Source: a virus (taxonomy: Duplodnaviria > Heunggongvirae > Uroviricota > Caudoviricetes). Taken from it: a stretch of DNA of 29,855 bases. The stretch lies in the IMG/VR virus record IMGVR_UViG_3300033463_000034; one strand, written 5' to 3'. Below, piece by piece: positions 1 through 9,103 of this stretch. A model generated the notes under the pieces. The model searched no databases. It saw nothing but the letters and a program-made list of their open reading frames with translations, and was not told where the DNA came from. The stretch's first letter is position 1. The number at the start of each line of letters is the position of its first letter. Made by a program: the position numbers and the translations under genes.

Positions 1-1
1 T

Positions 2-133
2 GAATTACAAAATGCTAATGAAGATTTAAAAGAATTAAGCAACCAAAAAATGAGTGCTTTATTAAAACAATTAGTAGATAATGGAATTGTTAAAAAACAA
101 GTAGATAAGAAAAAAACTTACTTTGGTATTTAA
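2..133 (+). CDS. 3' end of winged-helix family A paralog (partial)
   Basis: Frame from nt 2 reads ELQNANEDLKELSNQKMSALLKQLVDNGIVKKQVDKKKTYFGI*, closely matching the C-termini of 1221-1586 and 7409-7768. Confidence 0.85.
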   Translation, partial: ELQNANEDLKELSNQKMSALLKQLVDNGIVKKQVDKKKTYFGI

Positions 134-334
134 CAAGTCGGGACTTGATAAGTTAAAATCAAGTCCACTTTTTTTATTCTAAAATGAAACGCCTGGGTGC
201 GTTGCGTGGGCCGCTGACGCTCACTTTGTTTCGCTGCGGCCCAAGTTTACAAATGGTTTACACTTTAGAAATTTGCGGAGGAAGCGGTACTGGCTGCTGC
301 CGCATTTATTTTTCCTAAAATTATTATTTTGCTA

Positions 335-363
335 TTGACAAAATATTTTATTTATAGTATAAT
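335..363 (+). promoter_or_regulatory. sigma70-type promoter
   Basis: TTGACA-17 nt-TATAAT upstream of ORF 394. Confidence 0.75.
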
Positions 364-393
364 AATTATAGAAACAAAGGAAAAGTGATAAAA

Positions 394-570
394 ATGGAAG
401 AAAGAGATTTTATTTTTACAGTTTACGCAAGGGTTTATTATACTGGAGTTGTTACTGCAACAAATGAAGAAGAAGCAAAAGAAAAATGCTTTAATAATGG
501 AGATTTTCAAATAATAGATGAATGTCCTTGTGAAATTGACTGGGATACAATAGAAATCGAGGAAGATTAA
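394..570 (+). CDS. small acidic hypothetical protein
   Basis: ORF with GGAAAAG RBS and TAA stop; ATG at 394 preferred over GTG at 385. Confidence 0.7.
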   Translation: MEERDFIFTVYARVYYTGVVTATNEEEAKEKCFNNGDFQIIDECPCEIDWDTIEIEED

Positions 571-572
571 AA

Positions 573-785
573 ATGGAAAAAATTTACGCCGTAAAATTAA
601 AACAACAAAATAACATACAAATATTAAACTTTACTCTACAATTAGACCAAGCAAATGCTATTGTTCGCCAAGTATTAAGCGGAAATCCGCAACTTAAAAC
701 TGAAGATATTTGGGTTGATGAATTTACTTATCAAAAATCTATAAAAACACTTGACAATACCAAAGAAGAAGAAGGCAATAATTAA
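573..785 (+). CDS. hypothetical protein
   Basis: ORF coupled to the upstream gene; followed by the AAGAAGAAGG/CCTTCTTCTT hairpin. Confidence 0.7.
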   Translation: MEKIYAVKLKQQNNIQILNFTLQLDQANAIVRQVLSGNPQLKTEDIWVDEFTYQKSIKTLDNTKEEEGNN

Positions 786-939
786 CCTTCTTCTTTACAT
801 TTATTTGACAGCGGCCGGCGCACGGTTGTTCTTCTTCGGGGGAGGCCGAATGTCAAGAAAGTGTCAACCTTACGGAATTTTACACTAGCATTTCCGCATT
901 TTACATTTTAAATTTTTTTCCTAAAATTAAAAAAAACTA

Positions 940-1167
940 TTGACTTTTTTAATTTAATTTGATATAATTATTATAGAAATAAAGAAAAGAAACAAAAAAA
1001 ATGTAAAAAATAAAAAAATATTTAAAAAAATTAAAAAAACTATTGACAAAAGTAAATAAAAATGATATAATTAATATAGAAAAAAACAAAAAAGGTTATA
1101 ACATAACTAAAAAAAATTAAAAAACTTTTAAAAAAGTATTGACAATTTAAATTAGTTATGATATAAT
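940..1167 (+). promoter_or_regulatory. three tandem near-consensus extended -10 sigma70 promoters
   Basis: TTGACT/TTGACA-17-TATAAT at 940-968, 1043-1071 and 1139-1167, each with TG before the -10 box and A-tracts upstream. Confidence 0.8.
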
Positions 1168-1220
1168 ATAAATGTAATAAAGAAAAGATACTTTATTACC
1201 ACAGTCAAAAGAAAGGGAGA

Positions 1221-1586
1221 GTGATTACAATGACTGAAAAAAAATTAACTAAAAGAGATGTTTTAAACTATATAATTGAAACATACTCAAATGATGAAAA
1301 GGTAGTTGAATATGCTACACACGAAATTGAACTTTTAGACAAAAAAGCATCATATAAAGGTGAAACAAAAGTTCAAAAAGAAAATGTTGCTATTATGGAA
1401 ACAATAGTTGAAACATTAGGCGAATTAGCAAAACCTTCAAGAATTGCCGATATTCAAGGTGCTAATGAAACATTATCTACTTTATCAAATCAAAAAATGT
1501 CTGCATTATTAAAGAAATTAGTTGATAATAAAACAATAGTAAAAACAACTGATAAAAAAGTAACTTATTTCTCTATTGCTGAATAG
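1221..1586 (+). CDS. winged-helix family A protein
   Basis: N-terminal KLTKRD helix and C-terminal LSNQKMSALLKKLVD...KVTYF wHTH-like motif shared with four other ORFs in the window. Confidence 0.85.
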   Translation: MITMTEKKLTKRDVLNYIIETYSNDEKVVEYATHEIELLDKKASYKGETKVQKENVAIMETIVETLGELAKPSRIADIQGANETLSTLSNQKMSALLKKLVDNKTIVKTTDKKVTYFSIAE

Positions 1587-1699
1587 TAAAGGCGGAAATA
1601 GTCGGTTAAAGCGGTAGTTAACCGACTTCCCGCAAAAAACTATTGACAAATTAATTTAAAAGTGATATAATTAAAGTGTAATAGAAAAGGAGTGATATT

Positions 1700-2140
1700 A
1701 TGAAATATTTAGACTGGGACTACATAAAAGAAAAAGACAAGTATATTATAACATTTGAAAATGGAAAAAAATATTTTGTTAAGGAAAAAGATATTGACAA
1801 TTTACAAGCACATTTAAAAGTTAGTGTATTTGAAGCAATAGAGTTATGGCTTGAAGATAATAACTACATACAAAACGATATTCAAAACGAATTAGATAAA
1901 CAAGCAAAAGAAAATAAATCAAAAGTAGTTGCAAAATCTAGCACTGAAAAAAAGAAAGTTGTTAGAGAAAGAAAACCAAACCCTACAAAAGAAAATATAA
2001 TAAAATCACTTGCCGAATATCTAAACACTATTGCTACTGATATAATTGTAGAAAATGTCGGTAAGATAATCACTTTTAAAGTAGATAATAAGGAATTTAA
2101 AATTGACTTAACAGAAAAAAGACAACCTAAAGTAAAATAG
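1700..2140 (+). CDS. family B hypothetical protein
   Basis: Own promoter (1643-1671) and RBS; shares RERKPNP and GKIITFK...FKIDL motifs with 5102-5518. Confidence 0.85.
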   Translation: MKYLDWDYIKEKDKYIITFENGKKYFVKEKDIDNLQAHLKVSVFEAIELWLEDNNYIQNDIQNELDKQAKENKSKVVAKSSTEKKKVVRERKPNPTKENIIKSLAEYLNTIATDIIVENVGKIITFKVDNKEFKIDLTEKRQPKVK

Positions 2141-2151
2141 GTTGTCTTTTA
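2119..2151 (+). terminator. intrinsic terminator
   Basis: AGACAACCT / AGGTTGTCT inverted repeat followed by a T run. Confidence 0.7.
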
Positions 2152-3132
2152 TTTTACATTAAAAATGTCAAGTTTACATTTACTTTACAGCGACGGCATG
2201 CGGGCGATCGCCAGGAGCCGAAAATTTTTATTATACCACATTTTTGTGATTTTGTCAAGTAAAAATTCAAAATTTTTTAAAAAAATTTTTTTCCCGAAAA
2301 AGCGAACAAATGTTCACATCCTAAGCGGCGGGACCCATTCCATCCGTATATGGCCAAGATTAATCCGTAAAGTCGACCGCGTTCATATGGCAAAATTTTC
2401 TGAGTAAAGTTGAGCGACCGCGATCCTTCATATGATTTCCCAAAATAATGAAAGATGAATTTGACTCACAAAAAATTTTTGATTATACTGTAAAAAAAAC
2501 CCTCATAAAAAACCGCTTTTCTTTTCTGAGGGACGGGAACCGCTCTGCCGCATTCCTTTTTTATATATTAGGCAATATTTGCCAATCTGAGCCGTTTTAT
2601 CTTAAAAATGATAAAATATTCATGAAGACAATAGTCAAGCAAAATGTAGGATAATTAGCTTATATACAGTAGCAAAAAGTAAATGTCAGAGAGTTAAAAT
2701 TTTCATCATTGATTTTTTTAATAAATTATATTATAATTATAATAGGGAAGTATTATTATTATATATTATTATTATTCTCTCCCATTATATTATATCATAA
2801 AATAAAAATAAAATCAATAGCAAAAATAAAGATGCGGCAAAAGCTGCCAAAATTAGCCATTTTTATATAAAAAGTGATAAAGGTTTCATAACAATAGCAA
2901 AGTAATAAAATGAGGGCAAATTAACTATGATAGACAATAGCAAAAAGAAAAAGAGAGGTTGAAAAATCTCTCCTTTTTATGAAATTAATTTTTACTATGC
3001 GGCAACCGCAATTCGTTTTTTGAAATTATATATGGTGTAGGACGCGGTCGGTGCCACGCACATAACACCAAATTACAAATTATTAAATTACAACTACTAA
3101 ATTACTAAACTATATATATTATATACTACCTA

Positions 3133-3483
3133 TTATACTGAAATCAAATCAGAAGATTCATTTAATATATTATTATAATTATATAATATATTATTATAAT
3201 GATATCTAGGTTTAAACCATTTTATATATCTATCCATTTCCTCTTTAGCTTCATATTCATTATCTAATACTTCTAATATCACTACTTCAATAGGTTTATT
3301 CTCATATATATTAACTAAATCTCTCCAATAAGGATTTTCTGCATACTGCATATTTTCAATAGCATTATCTAAAAAGACTTTATCTTCTTTATAGATATAA
3401 TTTTCATTATCTACATAAAAATCTATATACACTATTTTTCTTGTTTCTGGTTCTATCATACCATATATTACTCATTTATCCAT
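3133..3483 (-). CDS. degenerate GIY-YIG-like domain protein; TGA=Trp at codon 4
   Basis: RBS GAAAGGA precedes ATG at 3483. Reads MDK(TGA)VIYGMIEPETRKIVYID, i.e. the VIY..x..VYI pattern of GIY-YIG folds, which is lost if the ORF starts at 3459. Confidence 0.6.
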
Positions 3484-3583
3484 TTATATTTCCTTTCAAT
3501 TATTAAAATTAGGACCGCAAAGTTTTTCACTTTAACAGCCTGTAAGGATGTTTTGTGAAAAACATATTTATATTTAGGCTTTC

Positions 3584-3677
3584 TCACAATCTCACATTTC
3601 ACAAAAATCTCACAATATTATTCACATTTTCTCACAAATATTGTTCACAACTAACAATTTATTTCTCACATTTCACA
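3584..3677. repeat. nine TCACA repeats (iteron-like)
   Basis: TCACA at 3584, 3592, 3599, 3610, 3622, 3632, 3645, 3666 and 3673. Confidence 0.75.
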
Positions 3678-3684
3678 ATTTTTG

Positions 3685-4125
3685 TTAGAAACCGTGAGTA
3701 TCGTAAATTACATCAATATCACTAATAATCACATCTTTATTTTTTCAAGGTTCCCTTTGTCTTATAGAATCCCCCGACATTCCTAATATAGCCCCCAATT
3801 CAGAATTACTTGGTAATTTTTTATGCTCCTTGAAAAACTCTCTTATAGCCTCCGTCATTTCTTCATCAGATATTTTAGGTTTACGCCCTCCTTTTTTACC
3901 TTTTTCAGATTGATTACTATTTCAATCATGGGAACCTTCTATTAAAGCTTTTACACTAGTAATAAAAAGTTTAGATACATCTCCTGAATCAGGCGGAAGT
4001 TCACCATATACTCCATAATAACATAAATCATAATTTAATTTATATCTTAATTGTTCATCTTGTATTTCATTTACTGCTTCTAGATATCTTTCATTATATG
4101 TAAAAGTAGTGCCTAATTTTCCCAT
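3685..4125 (-). CDS. DUF6291-like / replisome-organiser-like protein with HTH; two in-frame TGA=Trp
   Basis: FTYNERYLEAVNEIQDEQLRYKLNYDLCYYGVYGELP...GKKGGRKPK resembles the DUF6291 region of phage replication proteins. The GKKGGR motif and HTH lie beyond TGA 3922-3924; second TGA at 3745-3747; TAA at 3685. Confidence 0.65.
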
Positions 4126-4134
4126 ACTAAACAC

Positions 4135-4380
4135 CTACCCCTCGATACCTTCAAAGTATTCTTTTACGGCGGGATGCGTCTCTAAAAACTCATGTAATTC
4201 TTTCATTTGCTGTTCTTCACTTTTATTAATTTTTTCTATATAAATTGCTTTTTTACCTTTCCCTATTTTTTCTATTAATACTCCAGTTTTTCTAAGTATA
4301 TTATATTGTACAGAAGGAAAGTTTTTATAAATTGAATTTACACTATATCCATATTTATTTGCTAATTCTTCTTGTGTCAT
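4135..4380 (-). CDS. small HTH DNA-binding protein
   Basis: MTQEELANKYGYSVNSI is an HTH-type N-terminus. Confidence 0.7.
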   Translation of the reverse strand: MTQEELANKYGYSVNSIYKNFPSVQYNILRKTGVLIEKIGKGKKAIYIEKINKSEEQQMKELHEFLETHPAVKEYFEGIEG

Positions 4381-4569
4381 ATTTTCCCTCTTTTCTTATT
4401 ATACTTATATTATAATTAAAATTTTTCTCATTTGCAAATTCTTTTTGAATATTATTTCCGACTTTTTTCGCCTTATTTTCCAAAATACCATTTGACTTTA
4501 TTGACATTATCTTAATATGGAATGCGGAAATGTCTGCTTTATCAAAGATTAACCACGAAAAAAAGAGCA

Positions 4570-4827
4570 TTAAACATGCTCTATCATATATGAAATCATA
4601 TCCTCTGCATTATCAAAGAAATATTCTTCTTCTGCATTAGACCATCTATCAAAAGTAGTTTTAAGATTTATTCTTAACATATAGCGGAAATCGTTACCTT
4701 TATGCGGCATTACTGCAAGATAATATTTATCTTCAAAAGACCAATAAATATGACTAAGTTCTCCATCATTTTTTACTATTTCTATATTTTCTCCCCAACC
4801 ACTTACATAATTAAAAACTTTATTCAT
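4570..4827 (-). CDS. hypothetical protein
   Basis: ORF with GGAGA RBS before ATG 4827. Confidence 0.7.
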   Translation of the reverse strand: MNKVFNYVSGWGENIEIVKNDGELSHIYWSFEDKYYLAVMPHKGNDFRYMLRINLKTTFDRWSNAEEEYFFDNAEDMISYMIEHV

Positions 4828-4831
4828 ATTC

Positions 4832-5095
4832 TTATCTCCTTCCGCATTTATATTCATAAGAAACTACTCTTATATGTTTAGTTGCGGCAATAGTACAATA
4901 CTTACCCCCTAAAGTACCTTCACCACATCTTTGTGTTTCTCCAATTTCCCCTTCTTCAGTTTGATAAGTATAATTACATATATAAGGATGTTTAAAAGAA
5001 TAATTTAAATAAAATAACAATAACATAAATCCAATAAGTGCGGCAGACCCCGCAATTATTATTATATAGTTAAGTATTTTAAATATTTTTTCCAT
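4832..5095 (-). CDS. single-pass membrane protein with four Cys
   Basis: Hydrophobic N-terminal helix followed by a small Cys-containing domain. Confidence 0.65.
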   Translation of the reverse strand: MEKIFKILNYIIIIAGSAALIGFMLLLFYLNYSFKHPYICNYTYQTEEGEIGETQRCGEGTLGGKYCTIAATKHIRVVSYEYKCGRR

Positions 5096-5101
5096 ATTTT
5101 A

Positions 5102-5518
5102 TTAATTTTTGACTCTAGTTTCTATAAGGTCTAATTTAAAATTTTTTCCATTATATTTGAATGTAATTATTTTACCTATATTTTCAATAACTCCATCAGA
5201 ACAGCCATTTGTATTACCTAATGCATCAAATAATGTTTGAATTAAAAATTCTTTATCTGGGTTAGGTTTTCTTTCTACTTTTTTGCGTTCTTTATTTTTA
5301 CCTTCAGCTTTATGTATAGATGCAGTTATTTTATTATTTTTGGCTTTTTTAGTTAATTCTTCTTGTTCTTCATTAACTTCATATCCTTCATCCTCAAGAT
5401 ATACTTGAATAGCATCTTCTTTAGTTAAATCTAATTGTTCCATTAAATTTTCAATAGTCTTCTCATTAATTCTAATTATTTTTCCATTTTCTAATTTATA
5501 ATCAAACATTCTAATCAC
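5102..5518 (-). CDS. family B hypothetical protein
   Basis: Paralog of 1700-2140 (ERKPNPDKE; ENIGKIITFKYNGKNFKLDL). Confidence 0.85.
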   Translation of the reverse strand: MIRMFDYKLENGKIIRINEKTIENLMEQLDLTKEDAIQVYLEDEGYEVNEEQEELTKKAKNNKITASIHKAEGKNKERKKVERKPNPDKEFLIQTLFDALGNTNGCSDGVIENIGKIITFKYNGKNFKLDLIETRVKN

Positions 5519-5533
5519 CTTATCCCTTTCTAA

Positions 5534-5755
5534 TTATTCTAAGCAACTTTCTATTTTAAATTGCGGATTTGGGTCTCCATCCTTGCAAGTTAAATTATAT
5601 AAAGATATTTCTTGTTTTACAATATTTGCGGCAGTATCAATAGTATCATAACTACCTATCAATATCCAACTATTTGCAGGATATATAATATAACCTTCCA
5701 TATCTCTTATTTCTTTTTCTGTCCATTCAAATACTTTCCACATATCAATCACCAC
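5534..5755 (-). CDS. hypothetical protein
   Basis: ORF with AAGGAG RBS and an upstream promoter. Confidence 0.65.
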   Translation of the reverse strand: MVIDMWKVFEWTEKEIRDMEGYIIYPANSWILIGSYDTIDTAANIVKQEISLYNLTCKDGDPNPQFKIESCLE

Positions 5756-5880
5756 TCCTTTAAAAATTTTTTTCTTTTTTATTTATTTTCTATATATATT
5801 ATATCATAAAAAATTAAAAAAATCAAGTAGTTCGTCTAAAAAATTATTAATTTATTATGTGCGGCAATCAATAAAAAAAT

Positions 5881-6732
5881 CTATGCGGCGTCAGCCATAT
5901 AGATTTTTAATTGTTCACTTCTTATAGGATTTCTCATTTTCCTTAAAGCTTTTTCTTCAATTTGTCTTATACGCTCTCTAGATAATCCCATTTCTTCGCC
6001 TATTTCTTCAAGAGTCATAGGTTCTTCAGTTTCTAACCCATATCTTTTAATTAATACAGTTTTTTCTCTAGGTTCTAAACTATCCATAACTTTTAATAGT
6101 TGTTCTTTTAAATCTATCTTAGCCAATGCTTTAGAAGGACTTTCAAAATGAGTATCCTCTACAAAATCCATTATACAATCATCTTCTTCATCTCCAACAG
6201 GAGTATCTAATGATAATGTATTTAAACCTATATCTTGAATATCTTTTACTTCTTGTGCGGAAATCCCCATTTTTTCTGCTATTTCCTCAACAGTAGGTTC
6301 TCTATTTAATTCAAGTGATAACTGTCTTTCAACTTTTTTAATTTTATATAATCTATCATTTATATGAGCAGGTAATCTAATTGCTCTAGTTTTATTAATT
6401 ATTGCTTTAGTTATTGCTTGTTTTATCCAATATGTTGCATATGTTGAAAATCTATAACCAAGTTTATAATCAAATTTATCTACTGCCGCCATTAAACCAA
6501 AACTACCCTCTTGAATTAAATCTATTAATCCTAATCCAGTACATTTATATTTTTTAGCAATAGCAACAACTAATTTTAAATTATGATTTATAATATCATT
6601 GCGGGCATCTGGATCTCCAGCCTCCATTTTCTGGAATGCTTGAATTTCTTGTTCTGGAGTATATATTTCATAATCTCCAATTCTTTTTAAATATTCTTGA
6701 AAACCATTAACATAATTTACAGGACTTTTCAT
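5881..6732 (-). CDS. RpoD/SigA-like sigma70 factor lacking region 1.1
   Basis: NLKLVVAIAKKY, DLIQEG.FGLM.AV.KFDY..GYRFSTYATYWIKQAI, RAIRLPAH, SLDTPVG, TLEEIG..MGLSRERIRQIE.KALRK. Confidence 0.95.
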   Translation of the reverse strand: MKSPVNYVNGFQEYLKRIGDYEIYTPEQEIQAFQKMEAGDPDARNDIINHNLKLVVAIAKKYKCTGLGLIDLIQEGSFGLMAAVDKFDYKLGYRFSTYATYWIKQAITKAIINKTRAIRLPAHINDRLYKIKKVERQLSLELNREPTVEEIAEKMGISAQEVKDIQDIGLNTLSLDTPVGDEEDDCIMDFVEDTHFESPSKALAKIDLKEQLLKVMDSLEPREKTVLIKRYGLETEEPMTLEEIGEEMGLSRERIRQIEEKALRKMRNPIRSEQLKIYMADAA

Positions 6733-6789
6733 AATATCACCCTTTCTTTTATAAAGTTAAATGGGGAAATTGCTTTCCCCTTAGATATA

Positions 6790-7131
6790 TTAATCAGCAA
6801 TTACATAAATTGTTTTTTTGCCATCTTTATCTCTATTAACTTTACCAGCATCAACTAATTTTTTGATTAATGCAGATGTTTTTTGATTTGAAGTTAATTC
6901 AAATTTTGCTTGAACATCAGCTGCTGTAACTGGTCCATTTACTTCTACCATATATTCATAGATTTTTTCAACAATTTCAGCATTTTCTTTTTGTGCTGGT
7001 GTTAATGATGTTCTTTTCTTAGAAACTAATTCAATTTGTTTATCTAAGAATTCTACCATTTCAGGATTAGCTTTAACTCCTTCTACATTTTTGATTGCTT
7101 CAAACATTTCTCTTTTAGTCATATATTCCAC
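6790..7131 (-). CDS. winged-helix family A protein
   Basis: MTKREMF..., TSNQKTSALIKKLVDAGKV...KTIY. Confidence 0.85.
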   Translation of the reverse strand: MEYMTKREMFEAIKNVEGVKANPEMVEFLDKQIELVSKKRTSLTPAQKENAEIVEKIYEYMVEVNGPVTAADVQAKFELTSNQKTSALIKKLVDAGKVNRDKDGKKTIYVIAD

Positions 7132-7408
7132 TCTCCTTTTCCATTTTGACTTTTAAAAGAATTATTCTTTTTTCTTTTTCTATAATAATTATATAATATT
7201 TTTTAATAAAAATCAATAAATAAGGTTGAGGCTCAGGACAATCTTTTTATCCTCATTCTGCTATATGCACCCTGATTACCATCTGCAACTTTTGGTTTGC
7301 GTTCCCTCTCTTACGAACGGATTAGCTAACGCGGGAATGTTGCTATACCATTTCTATATAGAACCAGTCTTTTATTAAAAGGGAGACTGTTTTAAGAACC
7401 CTTAATTA

Positions 7409-7768
7409 TTATTCAGCTATTGAGAAATATGATTTACCTTTTTCAGTAACTTTTACTACTCTATTGCTATCAACTAATTTCTTTAATAAAGCAGATACTT
7501 TTTGATTAGATAATTCACCTAATTCATTATTTGCTTCTTGAATTTCAGTTATAGTAACTGGTTTAGCTAATTCAGTTAAAGTATCATATATAACTTCTAT
7601 TGTTTCTAAGTTTTCTTTTTGTGTTTTTGTTAATGTATTACGATTAGCTCTATTATCTAATAATTCTAATTCATGATTAATGAAGTTAATTAAATCCCCT
7701 CTACCTAATTCAGTTACTATTGATAACAATTCATTATAGTTATCTCTTTTAGTTATTCTTTTTTCCAT
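7409..7768 (-). CDS. winged-helix family A protein
   Basis: ITKRDNY..., LSNQKVSALLKKLVD...KSYFSIAE. Confidence 0.85.
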   Translation of the reverse strand: MEKRITKRDNYNELLSIVTELGRGDLINFINHELELLDNRANRNTLTKTQKENLETIEVIYDTLTELAKPVTITEIQEANNELGELSNQKVSALLKKLVDSNRVVKVTEKGKSYFSIAE

Positions 7769-8184
7769 AATATCAATTCCTTTCTAAATATTTTATTTGA
7801 GTTTTTACCGACCTCCACCTCAGAACTCTAACTGAACTAATTTAATTAAACTTTTTCGGCGGCTAGGGATACTAATTAGTCAACATTACCTAGCTATCCT
7901 TGCTCGTGTTTTGCAACCAGTTCTGCTGTTCTTTATTTTAAGTTGCAGCCCCTAACAACTAACTCATTTTGCTACTAAGTAGCAAGGGATTAGTTCACCT
8001 TCGGTTCTTTCTAAGTAGTACCGAAAACTTAACTATATATATAAAACAAGGACTTTTCAACCTTCGCACGATATTAATTGATTAAACTGGATTTGCACCA
8101 TCGCACAGTTTTATTTTTGTTTTATTTTTTTCTTTTTCTATAATAATTATATAATAATTTTTATAGAAAATCAAAAGTTATTCT

Positions 8185-8625
8185 TTACTTTACTTTAATT
8201 AGTATTTCAACTGTAACCAACAGATATTTACTTTAATTAGTAGTAAATAAACTAGGCTTGTTTTCGAGTTCCCCTAAGGCAGTATACCACTCGACGGGAT
8301 TATCAGCCATTCCATTAAAACTCCACCGCGCCCATATTTATACTGTGCCATCGGCCCACAGTCCTATATGTTTCTTCTTACAGAAGACATCCATAGATTT
8401 TTTTATTACCTACATTTTCATTAAACCACATTCTCTGTCACATACTAGAACTTAATCAGTATGACGGGTTCGGGCCCGCGTGAGGATTTCTCAATTTGAT
8501 TGCCTCAGGTAATATATAAGCCATTTATCTCACAGAATCTTGGACACTTCCCACTTACTTACAGCCTTTGTGTCGTTACCCTATTTTATATTATGATTCC
8601 CAATCCCTCGGCTTATTTTTTATTT
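8185..8625 (-). ncRNA. candidate ~440-nt structured ncRNA
   Basis: No credible ORF; upstream promoter; closing helix 8602-8610 with 8292-8301; hairpins ACTGTG/CACAGT, TCTTCT/AGAAGA, TGAGG/CCTCA, TCGAGT/ACTCGA. Confidence 0.55.
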
Positions 8626-8680
8626 TATTTTTTTCTTTTTGTTAATATAATTATATAATATTTTTTATAAAAAATCAATA

Positions 8681-8953
8681 TTAATCTTTTTTCTTAGTAC
8701 CTAAGAAAGTTACTTTTTCAGCAAAAATTTTATTTCCGCCTCTAATGCTTCCTCTTATTCCTACTAAATCACCTTTTGTACAGAAATCTTTTAAATTTTC
8801 TGCTATTTTACCTTTTATTTCAATATTAATCATATCAGTTTCATATATACCCTTTTCATTTTTAAAAGAGCGATTAATTGCAAGAGTTAATGTTTCATCT
8901 TTAAAATCTTTTATTCTACCTACTAATATACATTGATTTAACATATTTAACAC
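8681..8953 (-). CDS. ssb: single-stranded DNA-binding protein (short, no acidic tail)
   Basis: LNQCILVGRI...LAINRSFKN..G.YETDMI...KGDLVGIRGSI...AEKVTFL is an SSB OB fold. Confidence 0.9.
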   Translation of the reverse strand: MLNMLNQCILVGRIKDFKDETLTLAINRSFKNEKGIYETDMINIEIKGKIAENLKDFCTKGDLVGIRGSIRGGNKIFAEKVTFLGTKKKD

Positions 8954-9103
8954 TCCCTTTCCATTTTTTAATATGTTTTTTTCTTTTTGTTATATATATT
9001 ATATAATAATTTTTATAAAAAATAAAGAGAAATGCGGCAACCGCGGTCCATCATTTGATAGAACTGGGTTATATATGGCAGCCATATATAATCGGTTCCC
9101 GCA

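Noticed and set aside
8185-8625. RNase P RNA
   Set aside because: No GAGGAAAGUCC / matching 3' P4 signature in the right order.
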